A stretch of 64,000 bases of DNA, from positions 5,084,001-5,148,000 of the forward strand of contig NC_047078.1 of assembly GCF_902459465.1 (NCBI RefSeq), written 5' to 3'. The notes below the pieces were generated by a model that was not told where the DNA came from, searched no databases, and saw only the letters and a list, made by a program, of their open reading frames with translations. Shown here in pieces: positions 26,368 to 39,619 of the stretch. The stretch comes from Asterias rubens. Lineage: Eukaryota. Within the stretch, counting starts at the first letter, position 1. Every line of letters starts with the position of its first letter. A program made the position numbers and the translations under genes.

Positions 26368-26538
26368 TTAAACTCAAAAATAAAGCCAGAACATAATATA
26401 TAAACAAATAAAAGCAAAATTGGCTGCCATTTTTTTCAACTTAGTACGGATGGCATTTACCTTTAAAGTGTTCAATCTTAAAACTGAGTTGAAACAAAAT
26501 CCATGCTTAGATCCATTTCAATTACATTGTCCTTTCAG

Positions 26539-26781
26539 TGTCCTGCAAATCAAAACGGGCTAAGGTTTCTCTGTATAGAGACGACCAACCGTCATGGGAA
26601 GAAATAGAGTCATCCGACCCAGTTGAAGTGCCATCCGACACAGCTGACCTCAACTTGACATGCAGAGTAGAACATGCTAAGCCGGCCATTAACATCAGTT
26701 GGTTCGTCTGGTTTCCAATTTCAAAAAGATGGGAGGAAATTCAAGGCACACGTCAGATTGAACGTGCTCCTTGTGAAACCG
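26539..26781 (+). CDS. IgSF gene 1 exon: first half of the C2-type Ig domain
   Basis: Acceptor cctttcag, phase 1 to phase 1 (G|gttagt). LNLTCRVEHAKPAINISW motif. Confidence 0.78.
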
Positions 26782-29220
26782 GTTAGTCCTGCCACACAGA
26801 ACAATTCTTGCTGTTGGACTTTTCGATGTACATTATTAGTCCAGCAGCCGATTTCACGAAACGGTAGAATTAATCATATCTCGAGTTGAGACATTCAAGT
26901 ACTCCGCCCTTAAAGATGCTATGTCAGATTTTTGGCCCCAAACATTAAAAAATAGATTTTTTTGAGTGAATGGTATTTCAAAGAGTATTACCCGCTCTAA
27001 CGAAAAAAGTTTAACTTTTACTTTTAATGGTCAGGAACCATGAACAAAATTTAAAACGTTTCTTATAAAAGATATAAGAATTGGTCACGTGATATATTGT
27101 CGGGAGATCCCGACAAAGGCTAATTTTGAGCACTTTATTTCACAGCTACTAATAATTGGCGGACTTTTTCGAGCAATGGCTGATACATTATTGTTCTGTA
27201 GGATTTGAAACTTTGAATTTTGAAAATACGATATAGGTTTGTGATAAACACCATGTAATGATAATCTCCAAATGAGTTGGTGTGGTTCTGAAAAGAACCG
27301 ATGGTTTCAACTCGACGTTTCGATCAGTATAATCCTGACTCCAACTCATTTAAAGATTATCATCACATGTTGTTACCGCAAACATTTACTATGATTATTG
27401 TTTTGCCTTAACTATAGTTGTGCCTTGACATTCGATACAAGTGATTTTTATTGTTGCCTGCAATTTTCAGAGAGGTCTTTCGCCTGACGTTGCTGTAAAA
27501 TATTTGCTTTTTTTTTCATAGTTATAACAAAAACGTTTTTGTTTTTTTTGAAGATTGATATAATGTAAAGAATGGTTGGGATTTGCAGTTTCTCCTAAGA
27601 AGACTGAATTGTGACTTTATCAGAGGTTTTCAGGTTGCGAATTCCGGAGTAAAGTGATTTTTGATTAACATGGGTTGAAACCTGTCAATACTCTTTGAAC
27701 TGTCATTGTAGCTAAATTTCGTCGATTGCAAAAGGTCGTAAACACTCGTAATAGTTTATTTTAAAAGCGCTGGACACTTCTGGTAATTACTAAAAACATG
27801 ATAGCTGTTGATTGTTTAAAAAAAAAAAAACATTGTAAGAAACAACTTCCTCTAGAGAAAGATTGTTTGAGAAAGAGTTAACTTCTCACTAAAATAATAT
27901 TTTAGAATCTGAAAAAGACTCCAGACCTGAAGTATTTTATTGGCATCTGAAGGCAAGCACAATATTGTGCGAAAGATGGTTATTTTTCTTTCATTATTCT
28001 CTTGCAACTTCGATGACTAACAGTTGAAACAGATTGTCACATATTTATTATTTTTATACAAGTATGTTGATATACACCAGGTGCGAATACTGGTCTAACT
28101 TTGACAATATTATTATTATCAAACATGTCCAGTGTCTTTATTCAACTTAGCTACCCCTCAAATATTGGAAGGTAAACATTATACCATTTGTAGTATTTAT
28201 TGAGTTAATGAGCATTTTCTTAAACTAGTATTTATTTGCTGTATATGCGTTAGTCACAGTAAGTCGTGTATCTTTGGCCTTTCACTATAATCCATTTATA
28301 AGCTAGTTTTTGGCAAATATTTTGCTTTGAAATACATTATAACTGTTTTCTTTATTAAAGTTTTACTGCAATATTCCTAATTAATTTTAGATGATCATGT
28401 ACGGAAGAAGACAAGCTATTGACATGTTCAGTTTTTTCCTTATTTTTTAAAGTAATTTACACGGATGGACAGTAGATAAAGGAAACTTTCAAAAGCTTGT
28501 GCTTGTGGTAAAAAAACGTAACATCAAATAAAACTAGGTAGTCATCATTGGTAAGGCCTACTCATTAATAACTTCCATTTTACAGTAATCTTTGTCATCA
28601 TCATGGTAATGTCAAAAACTAAGGAGCAATCAATCAGTATTATGATCATTTGATGTCAGGAAAAAGCCCCCAAATTATATTATGCGTTCATCATTAAAGG
28701 AACACGTTGCCTTGGATCGGACGAGTTGGTCTATAAAAAGCGTTTATAGCCGTTTGTTTCAAATTGCATGGTTGGAAAGGTTTTTTAAAAGTAGAATACA
28801 ATGATCCACACAAATTTGCCTCGAAATTGCGTGGTTTTCATTTTACTTTGCGAACTAACACAGTCGGCCATTTATGGGACTGGGAGTCCTAAACGTGTCC
28901 TAAACGTCTTCGGATACGGAACTTAAATCTTGTCCTTAGCCCTGAGATTGGTCCTAAGTTAGGAAGAGTTTGGTGATATCGACGGTAGACTATACCGCCC
29001 TCCAGCGAATTTTTGTTTTCCCCCTTATGCCGTCGCTTTGCCGCCTACGTTTTGGGATTTTCACGTCCGTCACCTTTCGCTGGGTCTTTGCCGCTACCAT
29101 AACTTAGACAGCCTTTAGCAGCTTATGTTTTTATTTTATTTTTTTTTACGAGCAAGTTATTAAATATTTTAAAAATTAAATCCATTTTGTATCTACTCTT
29201 CTTAGAATGTTTCTTTGTAG

Positions 29221-29358
29221 ACGGCACGTTTAACTCCAAGGTGACAGTAAAGATATTACTTGAAAGAAACAACTTAATTTTCAAGTGTGAAGCAAACAAC
29301 AGTGAGCTTAAGCCCTTCGAAGTGACGATCGTCAAAACTAATAATGATAATGTGGCTG
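29221..29358 (+). CDS. IgSF gene 1 exon: second half of the C2-type Ig domain
   Basis: Acceptor ttctttgtag, donor G|gtaagt, 138 nt and frame-preserving. DGTFNSKV...FKCEANN supplies the F-strand Cys. Confidence 0.8.
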
Positions 29359-29584
29359 GTAAGTATAACAAGAGTGTATCTACGATTTTTAGAAGATGGG
29401 GTGTGCGCAACTCTGAGAGTTAACTTGTCCAAGAAAAGGGTTCAGAAATCCCGAAAGGGTGACTTGGCAAAGCTCACACAGGGGATTATATAACTATGTC
29501 AAATTGGCAACAAACAGGTTCATATTTAACTGTATTTTTTTAGATTTGGTTATTTTTCAAATTTACAGCTTAAAATTGTCATTA

Positions 29585-30425
29585 TGGTCTGTAAATTGCT
29601 CTCGAAACAGGATGTTTTACAATTTTTTCCTCCAAATCGTGAAAAATGTGCTGTAGATTTTACGACTCAATCTAATTTTGCTATGCTAACGTTTTCAAAA
29701 TGGATAAATCACACGTATTTGTTGCATTATATCACACTCGTTGTCGTGTTTTAGTTTCAAGGGATACAACAATCTATCCCTTCCTCTTTTTCGGTTGGTT
29801 TTGAGCATCAAAGGATAAACAAATCTACCCCTCCTCTGTTTGGCTAAGTTTGTGCACCCGATATTGACTTTGTTCTCCCAAAGGTATTTTATGGAGAAAA
29901 ACAGTATAGTTTAACATTTTGAAAACATCTTCAAGAAAAGTTACTATGTATTACCAAAAACAGTACAAAACTAAAAATTGTTTATTTAATTGTGAACCTG
30001 TTTATTTTTGGTTATTTGTCAAGTTCATATCTTAAAATTTTCATTGTGGTCTGAGAATTGCTCTCGAAACAGGATTTTAAAGCAATTAGTTTTTGTTTTA
30101 CCTTTTTATCCTCCAAATCGTGAAAAACATGCTCATAGATTTTACGAATCAATCTAATTTTGCTATGCTAACGTTTTAAAAATAGATAAATTCCACTGAT
30201 TTGTTACAATATATCGCACATTTTGCCGTGTTTTAGTTTCAAGGGATAAACAAATCTACCCCTCCTTTATCATGCTAAGTTTGTGCACCCGATACTGAAT
30301 TTGTTCTCCCAAAAATATTGTATGGAGAAAAACAGCATAATTTAAAAACTGTTCTTCAAGAACATTTTCTTTAATATTACCGAAAAAGGCAAACAAAAAA
30401 ATCGTAGTTAATTGTGAACCTGTTA
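29585..30425. repeat. Diverged intronic tandem duplication, ~460-bp period
   Basis: ttgctctcgaaacagga...cctccaaatcgtgaaaaa...attgtgaacctgtt occurs twice (~29598 and ~30058). Confidence 0.75.
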
Positions 30426-31000
30426 ACATCAAACTCTCTCAGACAAACTCATGTTACAATTTCATTAACACTCCAGGTTGCCTTAATTAGGCCTGTTTAA
30501 TGATTTATTAGTATTTCTATGGCTTGGAAATTAACAAATTCTGTGCAAAACAAAACCTTAAACGATTCCAAATGAATACAGCACCACATAATGTGTTTAA
30601 GTAGTATACTTTGATACTGTTACATGTTACGTATATCCCGTAGTCTTCTACCGTGGGGCACCCCCTGGAGACTTGTCAGTCAGTTTCCTCCATCCCTCTC
30701 GATCCACAGACTTTCTCAAGGATTTATTGAGCGTTGGTGGTTTGTGCGTTTATCTCGAGTAGACTGAACTACTGTAACAGCTCCAGAGAGTGAAAAACGC
30801 GTGTGCACGACTTGTCAGTATATTGCATCCAAGTTTATCACAATACACAATGTTATGGATTTACATTGGCTCGCCCTGCTCGGATAAGAATAAAATTCAT
30901 AATTAATGGTTACCTACAAAATGAGACTTATTCTCTAGCCCACAGTAGGTCAGCTATTGGTGATGTTTTACGCTGCAACGTGTCTCTTGAGTAAACCATA

Positions 31001-31381
31001 AGCCCTTTTCACACTAAAGGTATTGCCCGGGAAACTCGATATGTTTACTCTACCAAAAAAACTCCCGGGAATTTTCCGGAAAATTATTAATTCCCGGTAA
31101 ATAGTTAAACCTGCTCAGGGTTTATAGGGTTAAGGAAGTTAACCCGGGGTAAAGCGTTTTCCCCAAAAAGGCAGCTACTGAGAACAAAAGCGGGTTTAAA
31201 CCGTGCTTATTCCTCGTCAGAATAATAGAGATCAGTGGAAGAAGCACGTAACCGGGAGTTGCCAAATATTGGACCAGGTGTAATGAGAACAGTTGCTGGG
31301 GTGGCAGTGTAGTTCAAAACTCTCGAGATTTTCCTGGGAGATCATTTCACGGGAAATGGCTCTGTTAGTGTGAAAAGGGCT
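31001..31381. mobile_element. Harbinger-like MITE
   Basis: TIR agcccttttcacactaa / ttagtgtgaaaagggct. The flanking TSD is imperfect. Confidence 0.65.
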
Positions 31382-31761
31382 TTAGCAACGCTGATACCCC
31401 CACTGTTTTTGTTTTGTTTTATCTGTTCTGATATTGTTGACATATTGTTGTCGGAAGTTGTGTTAGATCTTGTGTTATAATTTTTATGAATAATTGTGGG
31501 TTTTTTTCTCGGTTTTTACCAATTTACACGTGCCTATTTTGTGGTTTTCAGGTTTTTAGTTTTTTTGATCATAGTCTTTTTACGTAGGCCCTATTAGTTT
31601 GTTATTGATTTTTTTTTGCTATGCCCTTGTGTACGATTTATGGAATGGGCGTAATATAAAGCCATGCATTAAAATAATATTGCTGGCCACTTTTTATATC
31701 CCTCTTTATAAAACTTATTCCAGTATACCTGAAGAAGAATAATATGGTTGTTTTGTTTCAG

Positions 31762-31883
31762 CTGACCCACAAGAAGTCACAGATCGTGATAGTCTTGGTT
31801 TGGGTGAACCAACGCCGATGACAAACTGCACTTATAGTATGAGTATCCTGACCATTCTGCTGATTGCTACGAGCCTTTTGGTG
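31762..31883 (+). CDS. IgSF gene 1 exon: stalk + first part of the TM helix
   Basis: Acceptor tttgtttcag. ADPQEVTDRDSLGLGEPTPMTNCTYSMSILTILLIATSLLV, with a phase-0 donor gtaggt. Confidence 0.7.
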
Positions 31884-31977
31884 GTAGGTTGTACATGCAG
31901 TTTTATTTATTTATTTATTTATTTTGTTCATGCATGGTTTAAAAGTCAAACTAAAGTTTAACCTTTCTTATTTTCAG

Positions 31978-32100
31978 AACTTAGTGCTGGTGGTCATATT
32001 ATTGTTTCTTCGGAGGCGTAGATGGTTAAAGCAGTTGGAGAAAAATCCAATACACCATGTAGGACCGCAGATGGTAAACTTAAGGGTTGAGCTGAAGTAA
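31978..32100 (+). CDS. IgSF gene 1 exon: end of TM + short cytoplasmic tail
   Basis: Acceptor ttattttcag. NLVLVVILLFLRRRRWLKQLEKNPIHHVGPQMVNLRVELK*, with an RRRR stop-transfer. A possible alternative donor atg|gtaaac would extend the tail. Confidence 0.7.
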   Translation, partial: NLVLVVILLFLRRRRWLKQLEKNPIHHVGPQMVNLRVELK

Positions 32101-32265
32101 ACTGTTGACTTTATGGAAGTTATTCTGTTCGAGAAACAACAGTCTGGCTACATCACGCCGCACAATCAATGCTGCTTGGCAAATACGCATAATGGTAATT
32201 TACAATAATCTGGTCCAAATAGAGTATACACATCACAGTAATTCAGGTATACAGTGAGGATTTAC

Positions 32266-35200
32266 GTGTCAGATTTTTTAAGGTTCATGCAGGCTGTTGA
32301 AAAAGTTGAAAGATGAAGGTCGGCGAATTTCAATTATATTTTGGGGATCATCAAGGGGGGTGAATGGTTCCCCATTGGCAATGTTAAAAAATTCATGCCA
32401 CCCCTCTGTTAGCTTGGGTGAGACCCCCCTGAATTTGGACACCTCCAATGCAAAGAAAATAGTGTTTTTTACTGAAATTACCCTAAATTCTATCTTTACA
32501 GAAAAGTGCTCTAAACCCAACCGATTTTTACATTTTTGGGGTCATGTCTGTAGTGTTTTATATATAATAACATAGCATTTCTTGAATTTGCTTGTTTGGT
32601 TTAGGAATTTTGCTAGTGAGTTTTAAAAATGGCATAAAAATTACGTTTTTTAAATTACGCAAAACTTCCGAAATTACTAATATTTGAATTCAATGTACTT
32701 TCTTTATTCAGGCTAGTTCAACATTGAAACTCACATTTGTAAGAGGTTATGTTGTGTACTTGAAGGATATTAAGTTGAACATTTGGGTTTTTTCAAAATT
32801 GTTGAGGTAGGGAATTTTGTATATGGGTCATATTTACCCTTATTTGGAATCAACAAATCGTGTTTTCCCAGTTTAAATTGAGTTACCGCTTCCTTTTTAT
32901 TGACACTTTTGAGTTCTAATAACTAAATAGATACAAAGCATCATTGTTCTTTGACAGAAAAATACATTTTAACGAATTTGGAACATCCAATTCCTTGATA
33001 GGGGGTTTTAACCCTCCCAACCACGCGGTTTATCTAATTGTACACAATACGGCCTCCTTAATATTTATGCTGACGTCATTGTCAAAGCGAGTCTGTGAGC
33101 GTTAGACTTTATCATGAGAAAAACAATCTTTATTTGTTTTTGTTAATAATATTAGCTTAAGATTGGGCCACCCTGTACAGCAACAACAAAATATGTTAAG
33201 CAATTTAATTGTATGTTCAAGAAAAACGTTCAGGGCCATTTTTTAAGTTAACAAAATTATTGTAATGACAAATGTACATTATAAATATTAGTGGGTTTTT
33301 TTTACTCAAGGGAGAACCTATTCTACTTTCACATTCACAAGTCAGTGAATACATGCAATGGTATAGACGCTATGACGATATCAGAAACAGTTGCAGTTGT
33401 AATAGCATTTCAAACTTCTGATCTATAACACTTTTGAGACATATGACATAAATAAATCAGTTTGACCTGTAATACCTTTTTATATTTCTGATTCATTTAC
33501 ATTGGAAAAAAATATAAAAACAGTTACTTTTGATAATACACTGTACTCTGTTAATTATAAGCCTTTTGTATTTTGGACCTTGCTAATCGTCATAAACACT
33601 TTTCAGTTTGTTGTAATATTTAGTTACATTGTTGGTTTTCTGCAAAGTGAAAGGGCTTACGATGTGATGATTATGTCTCGTCTTCGGAGCCACCTTTGTT
33701 GGTACAAGTACATTTACATTGACCAACAAGACTGTTCGGTACTTTGATGAAACTGTCTTTGCGCGATTCGGGTCCTCCTATTTGTAATGTGATGCTTTTC
33801 ATTTACGCAGAATTTCATATGTGATTTCATAGGTGATATCTTCTGGTCACAAATGTCTTTACCAGATTGTGCATCTGAAAAGTCAAAGCGGCATATCTCT
33901 GTCCTTCCTCTATGCTTTAGGCCAACACTCTCAGAAATACTGGGCAATGCTAGCAGTAAGTGAGCATTATCATAACACCCGGCTTTATCACTGCGGAGAA
34001 ATACTTTTTCAATGTTGGTGTTATCTTTCTTTGCGGTCTTTAGCAGATTTTCAATTATGTTTGCCACTGTATACCAATCCTGAATGGCACCTTTCAAAGA
34101 TGTGTACATAACAATTGACATCAAAATCAGAACAATCCTCCTTCTTTGTGATGACGCAGCTGACGCGCCAGCTAATGCCACGCTTCTCATAAAAATCTGT
34201 CATTTTTCCCCTATATCTCTGTGGCAGGTATTTCATGGCCCAGTCCATAATAATCAAGGCACCATCATTTCCAAGTTGACTGAGAACATTTTGTTTCCCA
34301 AGTTCTTGGTTCACTGTTCTCAAAAGGTATCTTTTCCAAGAAAGTATGTCCGACTCAAGTAGTGAAAATTCATGAAGAACTCGGAATCTATCTATACTTA
34401 AGGCATTGTGTAGGCTTGAGCTTTACGCTTGATATCATTAATAGTGGTTTGCAAGCCTTGACATCTATCACAAACACAATTCTAGTGTTTCTCCAAAAAA
34501 TAAATTAAACTGGATATTAACTGTGATTAATTTCAGTTGAGGTGATAAAAAAAAGGATAAAACAGAAGAAGAAATAGACAGTAATGGTTATAGCAACAAA
34601 CTTCAATGGCCTACCCCGCGGTACTAGTAATTATAAAGCAATTGTTTACCCATAGATATAGCTTTAAAGCACCATTAAACATGTCATGGTCAATGTCCAT
34701 TTTTGTATTTTACTTTATCCTAATAAAATTAATTTGATCTGATCCTAATTGTTCAACCTGATTGCAAAATAAAAGAAATTTATTTTAAAATCATGTTTTT
34801 TTTTAAAGGAAAGTCTAACTTGTTGCAAACTTGACATAGCACAAAATGGCAAATACTTCAAGACCTCTCACTCAAGGAATAAATAAAAACCCACACTTTT
34901 GAAAGCATAGAGCTGTTGCTGAAGGGTGTGTAATATGTTTTTATCAAGGACATTTGGAAATTGGTCTGAATATAGAAAATATTTCAATTCAAAAAAGGGC
35001 AAAAAATCAATGTTTTCCCTTTTTTGAAATTTTGCAAAATGGAGTAATTTGGTGTAACAGAAAAAATATGTTGCTAAAGTAGTAACCATCTGTACTGTTG
35101 TGTATGCAAGCACAAAGGTATGCACATTAAAATTATTTTTGTTTGAGATCAATAGATTGCTTAGTTTTTCTGAAGTACCTTCTGTAAATTTGACGTAAAA

Positions 35201-35364
35201 CTGTTTTTAAGCTCTTTCTTGTACATGATTTTGGGCTCATTTTTAGAAGGTACCATTATTTTCCAGGGGGTACTGCAGTCATAATACATCAAAGTTGCAA
35301 AATGTAATTGGATTCCGCCGACCCCCATCTTTCACACCTGCATGACCCTTAAAAAAACTTACAC
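32266..35364 (-). mobile_element. Internally deleted DDE DNA transposon, Sola3-like (copy 1)
   Basis: TIR gtgtcagattttttaaggttcatgcagg / cctgcatgacccttaaaaaaacttacac and TTAC duplication (32262-32265, 35365-35368). Remnants MDWAMKYLP, RSDKAGCYDN, SDAQSGKDICD. The superfamily label is tentative. Confidence 0.8.
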
Positions 35365-36429
35365 TTACATACAGAAGAATACTCACAGATATCTCTACAA
35401 CTCTATTGCTCCCATATAAATAGCTTTTGGAGCAGAGAGCCATGCTCCCTTTAAAATATAGAGAGAAATACCACTCAAAAAAGGTTGCTCTTTCGATACG
35501 AAGCTACATGGAAAAAGAGAATGATTGTCATGTGACAACTACAAAGTTAACTTTTGACAAGTTGAACAATGAGGCGCACTTTCTAAATTTTCAAGAACCC
35601 CATAATATTTGTTTTTCTTCTAATGGTTTCTGGTCGAGGAAGACATGCTTTATCAGGTTTTCATTTCCCTGTTTTTTTTTTAAAGGATATACGAAAATTG
35701 TATTAAAGGTCACGATACCGTATTACAGGTCATGATCCTACCTTAAAAAAAATGACAAAATCATTGATTTGAACACAAGTTCTCATTATTTTTGCCAATT
35801 CTGCATATAATTGATTATTTTGAAAAATTTATAACAAAAGCATTGTAATTTCTCTGAAAATGATTTTTGGCATTTCTGTCCTGATCACATGGTAGGTCGG
35901 ATCAGGCTTTGTGTTCATTTAATGCTTATTAGGACCATACAAGCACAGTAGTTTTTATCAAAATTGGAATGCCTCAATAATAAAAAGTGCGTTGGTTACA
36001 ACGCAGCCGCGCTGCAATGCTTGCAATCGAGATTGAGTTTGAAATCGATCTGCCATCTGGGTAATAGCGGCGAGAAAGTAGTAAAAACCGATTACAAATC
36101 AATGTGGTCTGTGTTAAGTCCATTGTGTATAATATACATTTTTTAGCTGTCTGTTGTAACAGAAGAGCTTCATAAAAACAATAACAGGCTATAGCAATCA
36201 ATTATAAAGAGGTGGAATAAAAATGCCGCGAGGCGGTGGGGGCGGAGCTTCGTTTTCCAACCCCACCATAAATTGTTCCACGTCTTCGTCGCTGTCAAAG
36301 TAGTGGCCTTCTGGGGTTGAAATACCGCTGTGAAGTGCTCGAGTCATGTTGTGGCTTATTGTAGCGTACTGCGTAGGAGGTTCGGTTCTTATCGGTGGTG
36401 CGTTCGGAGGGTGGTGTCCCTCTTAGTGA

Positions 36430-36830
36430 TCGTATCTACATAATATACTGCGTACATCCGTCCTCTACTTGAGTTTGGCGCTCCTGTGTGGAGCAATAAT
36501 CTAACAAGTCACCAGTCTGTTAGTATTGAAAGGGTACAACGAAGAGCTCTTCGAATCATCATGTTTCCTGACCGGCATCATAATGAGGATCTCCTGATAG
36601 ATATTGGTATTCCCTCCCTTGCATCAAGAAGAACTGAAATACTTACAGACTTTGCCAAATCTATCACAATCTCAACTCGACACCGAGATTTGTTCCCCCC
36701 CTGAACGCCAAACACTCTCCCGCACTGGACTGAGAAACTCACACAACATTCACTTGCCCCTAATGAGAACTCAGATATATAAAATGTCTAGTGTTCCAGC
36801 ATTAGTGAGACTGTATAATAATCGGTGATT
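36430..36830 (+). mobile_element. CR1/L2-group LINE 3' fragment
   Basis: YIRPLLEFGAPVWSNNLT...IERVQRRALRII motif. Confidence 0.7.
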
Positions 36831-37589
36831 TCATTAACAAGTATCTCTAACAGTTGGGTTAAGTTTTATCAAATGTTTATCAAATTTGTGGCTTCATCAA
36901 CAAGAATCTCTAACAGTTGGGTTAAGTTTTATCAAATGTTTATCAAATTTGATCATTTTCTTTTTAATTTGTGCATTCATGCCTACAGTTTCTTCTCCTT
37001 GTTAAGTCAGAGTTTGTTGTCTTTTGTAATTTTTAATAATAATGAGTTATCAGTTTTATCAAATGTTTATCAAATTTAATCTAATTTTATCTTTTTTTTG
37101 TGCATTCATGCCTGGAGCTTTTCTTCTCTTCTTTTAAGTCTGTGTTTTTTGTCATTGTTTACAATATTGTATGTAAACACGTCAATTTAAGTCTTTTTAA
37201 CTTCTGTCGTGTATTTTGTGATATTTTTAATAAACCTTAATGAATTGAACTGAATTGAAAATAGTTTGAGACGGTAACTTTTTGGGTTGGTACTTGATGG
37301 CTGTTGCACCCCGCGTCACACCGACGAAGGGAGCTGCTCACCCTTGAGGGCACTTTTGACGGTTCACTGAGGTGTACATCACACCATTCCCTGCGTCAGA
37401 CAATATTTTATTTTATTTTATTTCAGCACATCCAAAAGCGCAAGCACCAATAACATGATGGATAAAAACATTTAATTTCATAAAATAGCATAATAAAATT
37501 ATTTAAACAGACAAAAAAGACGTGATTAAAATGGCGAAATTACCTTACATCAAAATAGTTGTTAACACAAGTTACACTCTGGTCCGACC

Positions 37590-37960
37590 TCCCCTTTCAG
37601 ATAAAACAAATTCTTTATTGGTTTTATGGTTGAAGAGTGAAGTGGACAATTTCAATACTGGGATTCGAATGTGTAATTATACTGTAAGTTATAAAGGACA
37701 AGCGATGAATAAACCCATGTTTAGTGTTGTTGACTTTATTATTTGGAACGTAAAACAGGTCAGGATGCCGCAGGTTGGGCCCGGGAATCTTCAGGGGGAA
37801 AAGGAAAACAGATTACTGGTGAAGTAAGAGTTCACACATTTGAAAAGAAAAGTCAGATCCAGAGTCTGTCTACGTTCCTTTGGTGAATAATGAGGAGACA
37901 ATTTATGTGTATTGTCTCCAATATTGTCAATATTAAAGTCATTGAAGATATATAAAGCGA
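37590..37960 (-). mobile_element. Decayed CR1/Jockey-group LINE 3' end
   Basis: RRQTLDLTFLFKCVN motif, typical of LINE ORF2 C-termini. Confidence 0.45.
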
Positions 37961-38789
37961 ATTTTAAATGCACACAACTTAAAGGTTAGTGTTACTCAAA
38001 ACAATGCAGTCTCCATTATGAGAGTTACTGTCAAAATGGAAGTGAAGAAATCTTTAAGAAAATACAAATTGTTTAGCTAATAAACTGCTGAAGTTTTGAC
38101 CACAGCAGTGTCCTAAATAACGTTGGATAAACACTCTGCTTGGTCGAAATGACATGTCAACAACAACTTTTTTTCCCAATAATATTTAGGCATTCAACCT
38201 TCTGAAGCACGTACATTTGTTTATTTATAAAGGATCATGTTAAACTTGGGATTTTATTTTTTAATTGTTTATACGTATTAATTTATTTTCAAACGGAAAG
38301 TTCAAATAAAGCTACCGAGACCTGCCCCTGGCCTCAAAGCGAAAGAGCGAACAACGAAACTATCATGTGATGTCAAATGTAAGCAACGCGACTGGTGCTT
38401 CATTTACTCCTTGCACTCTAATGTTTGGGTTTTTCCTGGAGCTTGTTGCAAAACCAAAAGCTAAATTATCACTACCTCGATGGAAACAAAAAGCCCGAAC
38501 AGCCAATGTAGACTTAAGTAACGCATTGTCGTTCTTACTTTGTCGAACCGCACATTTTGATAAAGCCAAACTTGACTGTTGAAATCATGTAAAGAATACG
38601 CGTCTTAGAAAAATGATGCAGTATGCGTTTGGTCCAAATTAAGACCAATAAATATTGATTCATAAACTAATTAAATAATTACAATTGTTTTTGCACACAA
38701 TGTTCGTACGTACCACTATCGTAATGTTGTATAACCTTGTGGTTGTCAACAAGGCCTCGTCTTTGATTTTGGTGAATGGTTTTCTTTCA

Positions 38790-39615
38790 GAATCATGCAA
38801 GGTGACGGTCTAAGCCCCTATTTATTTATTATGTGTGTTGAAGTTCTTGCTATGATGATAGATAATGATGAAGATTTAAAAGGTATTCAGGTAGCCGGTA
38901 AAGAGTTTCGTTTATCCCAGTATGCCGATGACACTGTTTTACGCATTTGCCAAAATGTCCGGACTTAAAGTCATTGTAGACAAAACTGATGTGGTTTGGA
39001 TAGGGTCAAAGAAAGGGCAAGATAGCAAGATATGTAAAGAGATCAATGCCCACTAGGTGGAACCTTTAGAAACTTTTAAAATACTTGGTATTCAGTTTTC
39101 CATAGATCTGCATTCCATGGTTCTACTCAACTACAACACGACTGTTCTTTCTTTGCGTAACCTGATTTCGAGCTGGTCCAAAAGGAATCTCACGGTGCTT
39201 GGCCGAATCACTGTTGCAAAATCTTTGCTTTTGTCTGAGCTTATCTTTCTTATTTGAACCATCCCTGATCCACCTTTTAGTACTGTTAACGAATTGAACT
39301 CTATGTTATTTAAATTTATTTGGAGGGGACATGACCGGATTAGCAGAAATCAAATGGTTCAAGATTACAGCCAAGGTGGGCTCCGTATGATAGATGTTCG
39401 TGAATATATGAACGCTCTTAAAACAAATTGGCTCCGCAGACTCCTAATTTCTGAAAATGGTTGTGGTTGGGTTCATTCATTTCAAAAGATTATGGGCATT
39501 TCTGGATTGTCAAGTTTTGAAGGTGGTTCCCTGAAATTACTTCATGCACATAAACAAACTTTGTACGGGAACCCTTTTTGGAGAAATATCTTTTCATCCT
39601 GGTCAAAATTTACCA
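38790..39615 (+). mobile_element. L1/Tx1-clade LINE RT fragment
   Basis: QGDGLSPYLFIMCVEVLA, SQYADDT, WSKRNLTVLGRITVAKSLLLS, FIWRG and QGGLRMID motifs, with stops and frameshifts. Confidence 0.8.
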
Positions 39616-39619
39616 TTAG

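Noticed and set aside
26674-26889. Alternate-frame ORF containing FRCT, a possible Ig F strand
   Set aside because: A phase-compatible donor at 26782 and exon 29221-29358 complete the domain without a frameshift.
34084-34362. Plus-strand ORFs duplicated at 60057-60464, and 32278/57790 ORFs
   Set aside because: These are antisense shadows or TIR-internal frames of the duplicated transposon.
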